Under the pieces are notes generated by a model. That model was not told the origin of the DNA, ran no database searches, and saw only the letters and a list, made by a program, of their open reading frames with translations. This document shows, in pieces, positions 29,764-40,398 of a stretch of DNA of 64,000 bases; position 1 is the first letter of the stretch, and every line of letters begins with the position of its first letter. The translations under genes and the position numbers were made by a program. Source of the stretch: Patescibacteria group bacterium (lineage in GTDB: Bacteria > Patescibacteriota > Microgenomatia > Levybacterales > UBA12049); the NCBI GenBank assembly GCA_026004395.1, contig BPJB01000001.1, positions 649,226-713,225 on the forward strand. The letters are read 5' to 3'.

Positions 29764-30726
29764 ATGAAATATATATCCTTTGTTACTACTGTCTATAACG
29801 AAGAGAATACTATCTCATCTCTCTTAGAATCGCTTTTTAATCAAACCCGTCTTCCAGATGAGGTCATAATTGTTGATGGCGATTCTCAAGACAATACTGT
29901 CAAAAGAATACGCAACTTTTTATCAACTCTTCCTAAAAATAAAAACCTTCCTAGAGTACATCTTATTAGTAAACCATGTAATCGCTCTGAAGGAAGGAAT
30001 TTGGGTATTAAAATGGCAAAAGGTGAAATAATTGCGTTGACTGATGCCGGATGTATACTTGATAAACATTGGATTGAAAGAATAATTAAACCATTTGCAA
30101 ATAACTCAGTTGATGCAGTTGCTGGATATTACGCAGGAAGGTATCAGACTATTTTTCAGCAATGCCAAATTCCTTACTTTTTAGTTATGCCAGACAAGGT
30201 CAATCCACAAAATTTTCTTCCCGCTACACGATCTATGGCAATAAAAAAACAAGTATGGAAGGAACTTGGAGGATTTCCAGAAGAATATTCTCACAATGAA
30301 GACTATGTGTTTGCAAAGAAATTAAAAAAGATGGGTAAAAAGATCGCTTTTGCAGGGGATGCAATTGTTTATTGGCTTCCTAAAAAGACACTTAAGGATT
30401 GTTTTCTTATGTTTTTCAGACACGCATATGGTGATGCTGAAGCACGGATATTACGGCCAAAAGTTGTCATACTTTTTATCCGATATGTTTTTATCATAAG
30501 TATCTTTATCGTTGGACTTATAAAGTACAACCAAGCACTTCTATTAGGAGCTGGAGCAATTCTGATCTATATTGTCTGGTCAATTCAGAAAAATATTCGC
30601 TACTGTTATCGGATAAAGTCTCTGCTTTATCTTCCAATACTCCAGTTTACTGCAGATTTTGCTGTTATAACAGCAACTATTGCAGGCATTTTCTTAAAAA
30701 GAAAAATAAAAAGAGGACGTATATAG
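29764..30726 (+). CDS. Glycosyltransferase family 2
   Basis: VYNEENTIS...IVDGDSQDNT...TDAG GT-A motifs. Confidence 0.8.
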   Translation: MKYISFVTTVYNEENTISSLLESLFNQTRLPDEVIIVDGDSQDNTVKRIRNFLSTLPKNKNLPRVHLISKPCNRSEGRNLGIKMAKGEIIALTDAGCILDKHWIERIIKPFANNSVDAVAGYYAGRYQTIFQQCQIPYFLVMPDKVNPQNFLPATRSMAIKKQVWKELGGFPEEYSHNEDYVFAKKLKKMGKKIAFAGDAIVYWLPKKTLKDCFLMFFRHAYGDAEARILRPKVVILFIRYVFIISIFIVGLIKYNQALLLGAGAILIYIVWSIQKNIRYCYRIKSLLYLPILQFTADFAVITATIAGIFLKRKIKRGRI

Positions 30727-30752
30727 GATTTAAGTAGAGTATAATTACCTGT

Positions 30753-31973
30753 ATGGGATATCGTTTTCAGGCTGTAAAAGGAATATCGTGGATAGGAACA
30801 CTGCGTATTACAACAAGAATCTTAGCGTTTTTCCGTTATGCCATACTGGGGCGTATCCTCACACCATATGATTTTGGTCTTTTTGGAATAGCATCACTTT
30901 TATTATCTTTCCTAGAAATCATTACTGAAACGGGAGTCAACATTGTTCTTATTCAGCAAAAAAGTGATATAAAAAAGTATTTTCATTCAGCATGGATTGT
31001 CTCAATTGTGAGAGGGATTGTGCTATCTCTACTTATAATTTTATGTGCTCCTCTAATTGCAAATTTTTTTAATGCAACAGCTTCCTATCCGATTATTATT
31101 GCAATCGCACTCGTTCCTTTTATTAGGGGATTTATCAACCCGGCGATTGTACTTTTCCATAAAGAGCTACAATTTCAAAAAGAGTTTTGGTTTAGATTTA
31201 TACTATTTGCCGTTGATACTTCTACAGCAATTATTATCGCATTTTTAACTAAGAGTGCACTGAGTTTCGTAGGTGGACTTATTGCATCTGCAGTTGTTGA
31301 AGTTATAGGTTCATTTTTAATTGTAAAACTTCGTCCGAAGTTAAGATTTGAAGTAAAGAAAATAAAATACATTTTACAGAGAGGATGGTGGGTAACAATA
31401 ACGGGAGTATTTTCTTATATTGCAGATCAAGGAGATAATATTATTGTCGGAAGGTTGTTGGGTACGAGTGCTTTGGGTATTTATCAAATAGCATATAAAA
31501 TTTCAACACTTACTATTACTGAAATTACTGATGTTGTAAACAAAGTCGTTTTCCCAGTTTATGTCAAATTCGCAAATGACAGAAAACGCTTGCTCACAGC
31601 TTTCTTAAAGGTGACAGGCGTGACATCATTGGGTGCGCTGGTAATTGCGTCAGGTTTATTCATTTTCGCTCATGAGATTATTCTTCTACTTATGGGACAG
31701 CAATGGCTTGAGGCTGTTCCAGTTATCAAAATCTTAGCAATCTACGGATTTCTGAGAACACTTTTCGGTAATTTAGCACCAGTATTCTTAGCAATTGAAA
31801 GACAAGATTATATAGCTAAAATGACCTTTTTTAGAGTTATGGGTTTGTTGATTACAATTATACCATTTGTTATATTTTATGGATTAGCCGGAGCGGGTTT
31901 TTCAGCTCTTGCTTCCATAATTGCTGAAATACCAATAGCATTATACTTTTTGGTAAAAACATTTCATAAATAA
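30753..31973 (+). CDS. Polysaccharide/oligosaccharide flippase (MOP superfamily, Wzx-like)
   Basis: About 12 TM helices with the typical Wzx/RfbX layout. Confidence 0.7.
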   Translation: MGYRFQAVKGISWIGTLRITTRILAFFRYAILGRILTPYDFGLFGIASLLLSFLEIITETGVNIVLIQQKSDIKKYFHSAWIVSIVRGIVLSLLIILCAPLIANFFNATASYPIIIAIALVPFIRGFINPAIVLFHKELQFQKEFWFRFILFAVDTSTAIIIAFLTKSALSFVGGLIASAVVEVIGSFLIVKLRPKLRFEVKKIKYILQRGWWVTITGVFSYIADQGDNIIVGRLLGTSALGIYQIAYKISTLTITEITDVVNKVVFPVYVKFANDRKRLLTAFLKVTGVTSLGALVIASGLFIFAHEIILLLMGQQWLEAVPVIKILAIYGFLRTLFGNLAPVFLAIERQDYIAKMTFFRVMGLLITIIPFVIFYGLAGAGFSALASIIAEIPIALYFLVKTFHK

Positions 31974-31975
31974 CT

Positions 31976-33082
31976 ATGAATATAGCATTTTTTCACGAAC
32001 TGCATTTTGGTGGAGCTAGAAGAGTAGTTGGTGAATATGGAAAAGTAATGCGTAAGAATCATAGAGTTGATTTATTTTACTCAACAGCAGGAAGGGAAGA
32101 AGATTTTGAAAAAATATTTCATAATACCTATTGGTATAAGTATGTCTCTCCGACTTATTCAGGAAATAATTTTTTAACAAAACTTTATAAAGACTTTATC
32201 GAACCTATAAAATTATATTTTCACCACAAAAAAATTGCCCAGGAGATTGATAAAAAAAAGTACGATTTTGTTTTTGTTCATTTATCTCAATATACACATG
32301 CGCCTTTTATACTCAGATTTTTAAAAACTCCATCAGTTTATTTTTGTCATGAACCTTTAAGAATTGCTCATGATTCAATAGTAAGTATTCCAAAAGACAT
32401 ATCATTCATAAAAAGAGTTTATGAACAGATAATAAGAAGAGTTCGAAAAGAAATAGATGCTTCAAATATTAAACATGCAAATCTTGTTCTTGCAAATTGT
32501 ATATATTCACAAAAAAATATTCAAAAAGCATACGGTATAAAATCGTTTGTCTGTTATTTGGGAGTTAATAATCATCTTTTCAAACCGATAAAAATAAAAA
32601 AAGAATACGATTTACTCTTTGTTGGATCTGACGTATGGATGGAAGGATTTGATACTCTTCAAGAAATAAATAAAATTTTTAATTATTCACTGAAGATAAA
32701 GATTATAAAAAAACAAAAAGGAAAATATATTTCAGATGCTGAATTAGTTAATGAGTATAACAAAGCAAAACTTGTTATTGTATTAGGTCGATTTGACCCC
32801 TTCAGCATGATCCCGCTGGAAGCAATGGCTTGTAAAGTCCCTCCTCTTGTTGTTAAAGAAGGCGGACCAGTTGAAGCCGTAGAAAATGGTATAGATGGAT
32901 TTCTGATTGAGCGAGATCCACAACAATTTGCTAAAAAAATTAAAGAATTACTTGAAAACGACACTAAAAGAAAGATTATTGGAAACAATGGTCGTCAAAA
33001 GATTGAATCATTTTGGAATTGGGAGAAAAGTACTGAAAGACTGCTAAATATATTAAGAACACAAGGATTAATTTCAGTATAA
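31976..33082 (+). CDS. Glycosyltransferase family 1/4 (GT-B)
   Basis: C-terminal ...MIPLEAMACKVPPLVV..G motif. Confidence 0.75.
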   Translation: MNIAFFHELHFGGARRVVGEYGKVMRKNHRVDLFYSTAGREEDFEKIFHNTYWYKYVSPTYSGNNFLTKLYKDFIEPIKLYFHHKKIAQEIDKKKYDFVFVHLSQYTHAPFILRFLKTPSVYFCHEPLRIAHDSIVSIPKDISFIKRVYEQIIRRVRKEIDASNIKHANLVLANCIYSQKNIQKAYGIKSFVCYLGVNNHLFKPIKIKKEYDLLFVGSDVWMEGFDTLQEINKIFNYSLKIKIIKKQKGKYISDAELVNEYNKAKLVIVLGRFDPFSMIPLEAMACKVPPLVVKEGGPVEAVENGIDGFLIERDPQQFAKKIKELLENDTKRKIIGNNGRQKIESFWNWEKSTERLLNILRTQGLISV

Positions 33083-33083
33083 A

Positions 33084-34235
33084 ATGAATAAATCACTCCA
33101 CATTGCTGTTATTCAACAATCACCTGATATTGGAGGAGCCGAAACATTTATGTGTTCCCTTGTTACGGAATTTTTAAAACAAGGACATACAGTTTGTCTT
33201 GCAACAGATTCTGAAAAGTATGCTAAGTTGTATAAGAATCTTAAAGTAACAATAAATAAAATTCCTTTCATTTTAGATATTAGCGGAAATTGGAAAGGTT
33301 TAGTCAAGTCAATTTTACGTTTGCCTATTGCTATTGCTTACTACAGTTCTCTGTTGAGATCCTACAAAAATAACAATGTTCATCTTATTCTAATGAGTGG
33401 CTTCAGCGAAAAACTTTTAGTATCTTTCCTTACATTATTTATAAAAATCCCCGTTGTCTGGATAGAATACGGTCCGTTAGCACCGATAATCAAAAGGAAT
33501 TTTTCATTACCATTCGTTTTGTATACACTAATATCCAAAATACCAAAGAGAATTATTGTTCCAACAGAGAATACCAAAAAAAGTCTTCTCAATGATATTT
33601 ATATTGCACCTTCTAAAATAATTGTTATTCCTTGTGGAATAGTTCTGCACAAAAAGAAACATAATCGAAAGAAGCCAAAGTACCTAAAAAATAAAATTGT
33701 TATAGGAAATGTATCACGACTGACACGAGAGAAAGGACAACAGCTTCTCATCAATGCAATGCCTGATATATTGAGTAAAAATCCTCAAGTACATCTTTTA
33801 TTAGTTGGTGATGGTCCTGATAAAGAGTATTTTTCAGAGTTAATAAAGAAGTTGAATATTAGTAAGTCGGTAACTCTTACCGGATTTGTAAAAAATACTG
33901 ATGACTACTATAGACAGATGGATATTTTTGTTTTTCCAACTATTTGGCCGCTAGAAGGGTTTGGGTTGGTAATGGTTGAGGCAATGGATTATGGACTTCC
34001 TATTATTGCACATAATAGTGGTCCTGTTCCGGAAATAGTGAAGAACAATAATACCGGACTATTAGTACCTTTGGATGATAAAAATGCTCTAATATATGCA
34101 ATTCTTTCTTTGGTAACTAATCAAGCGTTGCGTGAAAGATTGGGGGGTGCAGGGAGACGAAGAGCTGTGAATCTGTTTGATATTGAAAAAATTTCAAAAA
34201 AATATGAAAAAGTTTTCTATGAAGCAATTTCTTAA
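33084..34235 (+). CDS. Glycosyltransferase family 1/4 (GT-B)
   Basis: EGFGLVMVEAMDYGLPIIAHNSGP EX7E motif. Confidence 0.8.
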   Translation: MNKSLHIAVIQQSPDIGGAETFMCSLVTEFLKQGHTVCLATDSEKYAKLYKNLKVTINKIPFILDISGNWKGLVKSILRLPIAIAYYSSLLRSYKNNNVHLILMSGFSEKLLVSFLTLFIKIPVVWIEYGPLAPIIKRNFSLPFVLYTLISKIPKRIIVPTENTKKSLLNDIYIAPSKIIVIPCGIVLHKKKHNRKKPKYLKNKIVIGNVSRLTREKGQQLLINAMPDILSKNPQVHLLLVGDGPDKEYFSELIKKLNISKSVTLTGFVKNTDDYYRQMDIFVFPTIWPLEGFGLVMVEAMDYGLPIIAHNSGPVPEIVKNNNTGLLVPLDDKNALIYAILSLVTNQALRERLGGAGRRRAVNLFDIEKISKKYEKVFYEAIS

Positions 34236-35658
34236 TTTTCGTCAAAGCTTTAATGTTTTGCAGATTAGCGTATATATTCTTCTGTTTGGATTTTACTCAG
34301 TTAATTTGGCATCGCAGATGGTATTTATCGGTGATCAAGGCTGGTTCTATCTATCAGCTAAAGATCTGCTTCTTGGTAAAGAATTTCCCCTTGTGGGAAT
34401 ACCCTCTAGCCATCCTTGGCTGCATCAAGGAGCTTATTGGACATATCTGCTGGCGATTGCCTTAGCAATTGGGCGATTTGATCCAATAGCAGGCGGATAT
34501 ATGGGGATACTTTTTGGGATACTAGGAGTAGCTGCAGTATACTTTGTGACAAAAAAGTTTTTTACGAGAAAAGCAGCTTTTATTGCAACACTTCTCTATG
34601 CCACATCTCCATTAGTTGTAGCTCATGCTAGGATGCCATATCATACAACACCAATTCCATTTTTTACGACTCTTTATATTTACTCTCTTTTACAATGGAT
34701 AAAAGGAAAAGTAATTTTTTTCCCTATCTCCTTATCACTTTTAGCAATACTTTATAATTTTGAAATTGCAACAGTATTGTTAGTTTTCCCTTTTCTTTTA
34801 ATTGCTGCTTATGGTTTGATTAAAAAAACTAAATGGTTTATTCCTATTTTAAATAAAAAAATAATCTTCACTTCATATGGAGCAATTATTTTGCCTATGA
34901 TTCCGATGCTACTTTTTGATCTAGAACATGGCTTTCCACAAACTTTAAAATTTATCGCTTGGGTAGGCTATAGAATATTAGTATTACTTGGTTATCCTCC
35001 TTTGCATCCGGAAATACCATCACCTAGTAAAGAGTTTTTTTATATTTTTAGCCTTGATAAATTAACTTATTATTTTTTACCCAGTAATACTTACTTAGCA
35101 ATTTTAATTTTTTTAGGTATTATCATCGGCTCAACTGTTTATACAATAAAATCGCTTTTTGCAAGTAAAATAAATACATCTTTTTTAATTATTTATTTGA
35201 TCACAATTTGCTCATTATTAGGATATGTTATCAACCAAACTCCTTCTGAAGCATATCTGCCAATTCTTTTTTCTCCACTGATGATGCTTGCTGGATTTTT
35301 GGCAAATGTAATTATTAAAAAAAGGGGGTTTTTTTATCCTACTTTGGTTGCTGTTTCAATAATCGTTATAACCAATATTATTTTTATTTGGAAAGTTCAT
35401 TCAATAGAGAATCAAGCAGGTATCACTTTTAGACAAAGAATGGAGGTTGTTGAAAAAATAATAAAAAAAATTGGCAAAAGACCCTACTCACTGCATGCGA
35501 TAGGGGAGGGTAGTCAGTTTGAATCGTTTCTGGATAATTATAGATATTTGCTATGGTGGAAAAAATATCCTCCCTTACCTAATCCACAAAAAATACAAGT
35601 TGTTTTAAAAGAAGAGAAAAATAAAATACAAATTATTTATAAAGGTATAAAAGAGTAA
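34177..35658 (+). CDS. Multi-pass membrane GT-C-fold glycosyltransferase (ArnT/PMT_2-like)
   Basis: N-terminal loop DQGWFYLSAKDL and about 12 TM helices. The true start is probably the Met at 34204 or 34219. Confidence 0.5.
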   Translation: MILKKFQKNMKKFSMKQFLNFRQSFNVLQISVYILLFGFYSVNLASQMVFIGDQGWFYLSAKDLLLGKEFPLVGIPSSHPWLHQGAYWTYLLAIALAIGRFDPIAGGYMGILFGILGVAAVYFVTKKFFTRKAAFIATLLYATSPLVVAHARMPYHTTPIPFFTTLYIYSLLQWIKGKVIFFPISLSLLAILYNFEIATVLLVFPFLLIAAYGLIKKTKWFIPILNKKIIFTSYGAIILPMIPMLLFDLEHGFPQTLKFIAWVGYRILVLLGYPPLHPEIPSPSKEFFYIFSLDKLTYYFLPSNTYLAILIFLGIIIGSTVYTIKSLFASKINTSFLIIYLITICSLLGYVINQTPSEAYLPILFSPLMMLAGFLANVIIKKRGFFYPTLVAVSIIVITNIIFIWKVHSIENQAGITFRQRMEVVEKIIKKIGKRPYSLHAIGEGSQFESFLDNYRYLLWWKKYPPLPNPQKIQVVLKEEKNKIQIIYKGIKE

Positions 35659-35686
35659 TATCCTTAATTTGATACAATAGAAGCAA

Positions 35687-36469
35687 ATGCAAACAAGTAT
35701 ATCAGCGGTAGTTCTCACAAAAAACAGTGAAAATACTTTATCTACATGTCTGGATTCACTACAATGGTGCAAAGAAATAATTATTATTGATGATAACTCA
35801 TCTGATAAGACGATAGAAATTGCAAAAAAGTATAATACAAAAATATTTATTCATCCACTCAATAAGAATTTTTCAGAACAGAGAAATTTTGGATTATCGA
35901 AAGCATCATTTGACTGGGTTTTCTTCGTTGACTCTGATGAAGTTATTTCTAAAGAACTAGCAGATGAAATTCATCAGCAGATTGAACAGTTTTATCCCCA
36001 GTTTCAAGCTTTTGCTATACAAAGACAAGATTTTTTGTGGGGAAAAAGATTGAGATTTGGTGATACTCAAGAAAAATATTTCATCAGATTAGGAAGAAAA
36101 GAAAAAGGTAAATGGAGCGGTAAAGTACATGAGGTATGGAATATAATGGGTAAAATCGGTCGTTTGAAAAATCCAATTTACCATTATCCACATCCAAACA
36201 TTTCAGAGTTTTTATCAGACATTAATTACTATTCCTCCTTGAGAGCTGAAGAGCTGTATGAAAAAAAAATAAAATCTTCATCTATTGATATTGTTTTTTT
36301 TCCACTTATCAAGTTAATCTATCTTCTCGTTATAAGACAAGGAGTAAGAGATGGTGTTGCGGGCATAGTACATGCACTTATGATGAGTTTCTATTCATTT
36401 TTAGTCCGAGGAAAGCTCTATCTTTTATGGAAAAATCAACGCCAATCTCTGAACTGGGAAGTCAGTTAA
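35687..36469 (+). CDS. Glycosyltransferase family 2
   Basis: VVLTKNSENTL...IIDDNSSDKT...DSDE GT-A motifs. Confidence 0.8.
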   Translation: MQTSISAVVLTKNSENTLSTCLDSLQWCKEIIIIDDNSSDKTIEIAKKYNTKIFIHPLNKNFSEQRNFGLSKASFDWVFFVDSDEVISKELADEIHQQIEQFYPQFQAFAIQRQDFLWGKRLRFGDTQEKYFIRLGRKEKGKWSGKVHEVWNIMGKIGRLKNPIYHYPHPNISEFLSDINYYSSLRAEELYEKKIKSSSIDIVFFPLIKLIYLLVIRQGVRDGVAGIVHALMMSFYSFLVRGKLYLLWKNQRQSLNWEVS

Positions 36470-36588
36470 ATAAGATTTTTTCTCTATGAAACAGTGGATT
36501 TCAATAGTTACTTTTCTCTGGTCAATACTTTTAGTGCTAATTTATATTAGTCATCTTGTTATAAAAAATATTCGTTAGATAACAAAAT

Positions 36589-38193
36589 ATGTTTGGTATT
36601 GCTATTTCTATAGGTATTTATTCATATATAATTTTTCTTTTAGCACTCTTAGGATTTTTAAACAAAAAGATTATTTTTCTAACAACTATTCTTTATTTAG
36701 TTATACTCATATTATTAAGAAAAAAAATTTATAGAAAGAAAGTTCCTTCAAAAGAGAAAAAATATTCATCATTAGGAGTTGTAGAAAAATCAATGCTCCT
36801 GATTACACTTGCATCCGCTGCTGTTGTCTTACCGGGAATACTATCTCCAGAAATCGCTTTTGATGCATTATGGTACCATCTAACACTACCCAAAATTTAC
36901 ATTAATAATTCTCACATGGTTTTTATTCCGGGAGGTCTTCTGTATTACTCAACAATGCCCAAATTAACTGAGATGCTCTACACTGCTGCTCTCTCTTTTT
37001 CAGATGAACGTCTAGCAAAAGCTATTCATGCTGGTTTTGGAGTACTCACTGTAGTTGCTACCTACATGCTAACTCGTGAATATTTAGAGAAACGTTTTGC
37101 TCTTCTAGCAGTTATTATCCTATTGGGCAACATTGTTCTTCTTTGGGAGGCAACAACAGCCTATATTGATCTTGCTAGAACGTTTTTTGAGTTGATGTCT
37201 TTTTGGGCTTTCTTAAAATGGTACAAGACTAGAGAAAAAAAGTGGTTTATTGAATCAGCGATTTTAATGGGACTTGCGATATCAACCAAACTTATAGCGA
37301 TAAGCTCTCTGATAATTATCAGTTGTATGATTTGGTTTTTATCTAAAAATGCAACTTACTGGACTAGAATGAAGATGATTGCGCAATATTCAACAATTGC
37401 AATTTTTATTGCCAGCCCCTGGTTTGTTTTCTCTTTTCTTCACACAGGAAATCCATTCTATCCTCTATTTTCTCAGTATTATCAAGTCAATTTTTCTTTA
37501 AGTCTTATTAATCCATTTTATTTTTTAAAGGATGTGCTATTGCTCTTCACGCAGTCACCAGATCCTATATCACCAATTTATCTTATTCTATTCCCGCTAA
37601 TCATCGTTAAAAGAAAATCATTTAATAACGAAAAAGCAATTTTATTAGTTTATAGCCTTGTATCTCTTTTTGTCTGGTATTTATTGCCGCGTACAGGGGG
37701 TGGTAGATTTTCATTACCGTATCTTCCAGTCTATTCTCTTGTTGCTGCCATGACAATTTCATTACTCCCTCCGAAAAGTTTTTTATCAAAATATATGATC
37801 GGTATTGCAATCTTTCTTTTAATTGTGGCAATTTCATATAGAGGAATGGCTAGCACGCGTTATATTCCCTATATACTCAGACAAGAATCAAAACATGAGT
37901 TCTTAATTAAAAATTTAAACTATTCGTTTGGTGATTTTTATGATGTTGATCGGTTTTTTGCAAGAAATATTAACCGATTTGATAAAGTACTCCTTTATGG
38001 TTTTCACAACTTGTATTATGTCAATTTTCCTTTCATACATGCTACGTGGGTGAGGAAAGGAGATCTGTTTAACTATATTGCAACGCAAAATACCACACTT
38101 CCTGATCGTTTCCAAGATTGGAATTTAGTTTACTCAAATTCCCTAACTCGTGTCAATCTTTATTCAAAAAACGGTAAATTTGCGAGGTATTGA
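36589..38193 (+). CDS. Multi-pass membrane GT-C-fold glycosyltransferase (GT39/PMT-like)
   Basis: FDALWYH loop motif and 12-13 TM helices. Confidence 0.5.
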   Translation: MFGIAISIGIYSYIIFLLALLGFLNKKIIFLTTILYLVILILLRKKIYRKKVPSKEKKYSSLGVVEKSMLLITLASAAVVLPGILSPEIAFDALWYHLTLPKIYINNSHMVFIPGGLLYYSTMPKLTEMLYTAALSFSDERLAKAIHAGFGVLTVVATYMLTREYLEKRFALLAVIILLGNIVLLWEATTAYIDLARTFFELMSFWAFLKWYKTREKKWFIESAILMGLAISTKLIAISSLIIISCMIWFLSKNATYWTRMKMIAQYSTIAIFIASPWFVFSFLHTGNPFYPLFSQYYQVNFSLSLINPFYFLKDVLLLFTQSPDPISPIYLILFPLIIVKRKSFNNEKAILLVYSLVSLFVWYLLPRTGGGRFSLPYLPVYSLVAAMTISLLPPKSFLSKYMIGIAIFLLIVAISYRGMASTRYIPYILRQESKHEFLIKNLNYSFGDFYDVDRFFARNINRFDKVLLYGFHNLYYVNFPFIHATWVRKGDLFNYIATQNTTLPDRFQDWNLVYSNSLTRVNLYSKNGKFARY

Positions 38194-38200
38194 TCAAATT

Positions 38201-39397
38201 ATGCAAAAGGTGATTTTTTTTATTTTATCTTTATCATTGGTTATTTATCAATTTGGAAGGATAAATATCTCTTCGAATATTTCATTTACTATATTGGATG
38301 TTGTAGTTTTTATTATCATCACTAGCTCTTTTTTCCGATTAATCAATCAAAGAAGATTGAATGAGATTTTTTTGAATCCCATTTTCAAACCTTTTGTTGT
38401 TTTTTCTTTTGTTGCCTTTATTTCTCTTATTTTTTCTCCCTTATCACTCAATCAGGAAGAGTTTTTTATTTCATTTTTATACCTTTTGCGCTGGTTGATG
38501 TATAACTTACTCCTCTTTGTTCTCAAACCTGCAAATAGCAATGATCACCAATATCTTGAATTTTTTCTTGTATCAAGTGGATTAGCTCTTGTTGTAACTG
38601 GGTATATCCAGTTCCTCTGGTACCCGGATCTTAGAAATCTTTATTATCTTGGATGGGATGATCATCTCTGGAGAATGTTTGGAACATTTCTAGATCCGAA
38701 TTTTTTTGGAGCATTTTTGGTATTAATAGTTCTTCTATTCTTTGATAAAGTTTTTGATGCGATAAGTAGAACAAAGAAGTTAAGTATTGCTCTCTGGAGT
38801 ATTTGCTTATTTGCCTCAATGATAGCAGTTGTTCTGACATATTCACGAACTGCATTGATTATGTTAAGTTTGGGAACAATAATATATTTTTTCTTAAAGG
38901 GTATGCAAAAATATAGTTTTCTTTTTATCTTTATTGTCGCCTCAGCTATCATCTTTTTTTCCAATATGACTATCGAAGGACAGAATTTATTACGTACTGC
39001 ATCTAGTAAAGCAAGAATTGAGTCTGCTCAACACGCAATTCAAATCGCATCAACATATCCTCTTTTGGGTGTAGGTTTTAATGCTTATCGTTATGCACAG
39101 ATCGATTTTGGCTTTCGTAAAACTTCTCCTCAGATCCCAAATCATGCCGATTCCGGTACTGATAATAGTTATCTTTTTGTTCTTGCAACGACTGGGATTG
39201 TGGGCTTTATTGGTTATGTTTTCTATCTTTACTCAATTATGCGTGAAGTATGGATTCATAAAAATAGGAAGGGTAGAGAAGTGGTAATAGCATCTTTCTT
39301 TGCAGTAGCTGTTGGCACGCTGTTTATCAACTTACTTTTTTATCCTGCAATTATCCTATGGCTGATGATTCTTTTGAATACTACTCAGAGTAAGTAA
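38201..39397 (+). CDS. O-antigen ligase (Wzy_C)-family membrane protein; candidate O-oligosaccharyltransferase
   Basis: Multi-TM protein with a central periplasmic loop and an RTALIMLSLG Wzy_C-like region. The probable start is the ATG at 38201. Confidence 0.6.
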   Translation: MQKVIFFILSLSLVIYQFGRINISSNISFTILDVVVFIIITSSFFRLINQRRLNEIFLNPIFKPFVVFSFVAFISLIFSPLSLNQEEFFISFLYLLRWLMYNLLLFVLKPANSNDHQYLEFFLVSSGLALVVTGYIQFLWYPDLRNLYYLGWDDHLWRMFGTFLDPNFFGAFLVLIVLLFFDKVFDAISRTKKLSIALWSICLFASMIAVVLTYSRTALIMLSLGTIIYFFLKGMQKYSFLFIFIVASAIIFFSNMTIEGQNLLRTASSKARIESAQHAIQIASTYPLLGVGFNAYRYAQIDFGFRKTSPQIPNHADSGTDNSYLFVLATTGIVGFIGYVFYLYSIMREVWIHKNRKGREVVIASFFAVAVGTLFINLLFYPAIILWLMILLNTTQSK

Positions 39398-40091
39398 CTT
39401 TTATCTCTTTCTCAGTTGTGTTACCGGCTTTATCAACGGCTTTGACTTTTATATAGTTTTCTCCCCCTTTTAGAAGTAGAGTATAGTGATAGTTGCCATC
39501 ATCATCCACTATTGCCCAGAAATCGTTCACTGTAACTTTTGCACTCTGAGATGTTTTTCCGCTAACTCGTATCGGATTATTTTCTTTCGTGAAGGATTGA
39601 CCATCTGAAGGAAAATAAATACTTAACTCTGGCGGATCGCTTAAATAATGAATCGATATTGAATCGGAGTATCTACTCAGTTTTCCATCTTGAAGAACTG
39701 TTCTTGCTTTAATGGTATTTGCTCCTTTCTCTAACCTGACATTGGTAAAGGTAAATGAGTTATTTGCAGTAATATCAGTCTCTTTAAATTTTTTCCCATT
39801 TACAAACAGCTGAACTTTATCTCCATTAACTGCAGAACCTTTAACAGTAATCTCTGCACTGTTTGTAGCATCTGGGAGAGAATCTAACTGCGGAGGAGGG
39901 ACAAAAACTGCGTTTTGATCATCTGCTGAAGTAGTCTCGCCTTTTTTTTCAACAAGAAGACTAAATTGCACTAAAAGTCTAGTACCAAAGAATGTAAAAA
40001 GAATGAAAATAAGTATTAAACCAAAAGTTACTAGAAAAAAATTACGTCGAGTCTCTTTTTCAAGAGTTTTGTTTAATCGTGATCTATACAT
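39381..40091 (-). CDS. Membrane-anchored protein with tandem Ig-like (Big-type) domains
   Basis: N-terminal TM helix, then beta-rich repeats such as KVTVNDF...GNYHYTLLLKGGENYIKVKAVDKAGN. Confidence 0.4.
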   Translation of the reverse strand: MYRSRLNKTLEKETRRNFFLVTFGLILIFILFTFFGTRLLVQFSLLVEKKGETTSADDQNAVFVPPPQLDSLPDATNSAEITVKGSAVNGDKVQLFVNGKKFKETDITANNSFTFTNVRLEKGANTIKARTVLQDGKLSRYSDSISIHYLSDPPELSIYFPSDGQSFTKENNPIRVSGKTSQSAKVTVNDFWAIVDDDGNYHYTLLLKGGENYIKVKAVDKAGNTTEKEIKVTYSE

Positions 40092-40140
40092 ATGATATCT
40101 TTTAGATAGATCTAGTAAAAAAATTTTATATGATCTTTTG

Positions 40141-40213
40141 AGCCAACGGTGGGAATCGAACCCACGACCTCTGCTTTACGAAAGCATTGCTCTACCGACT
40201 GAGCTACGCTGGC
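40141..40213 (-). tRNA. tRNA-Thr (anticodon CGU)
   Basis: The minus strand reads GCCAGCGTAGCTCAGTCGGTAGAGCAATGCTTTCGTAAAGCAGAGGTCGTGGGTTCGATTCCCACCGTTGGCT. The cloverleaf has a 7-bp acceptor stem, a GTTCGATTCC T-loop and a TTCGTAA anticodon loop. CCA is not encoded. Confidence 0.85.
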
Positions 40214-40398
40214 CCAATACTATAGTAATTTCAAATCATTAATCAGTTTAAATTTCTTCTTGAGTTTATATACACTTCCTTAGAAAATCTTGTACTTGAT
40301 AAGCTGACAATAACACCAATAATTGTATGAGATTTCACTCGGAAAGGCAAATAATTAAAAAAATAAAATTGATTTTAAAATTATTGGAATTTAGTTGA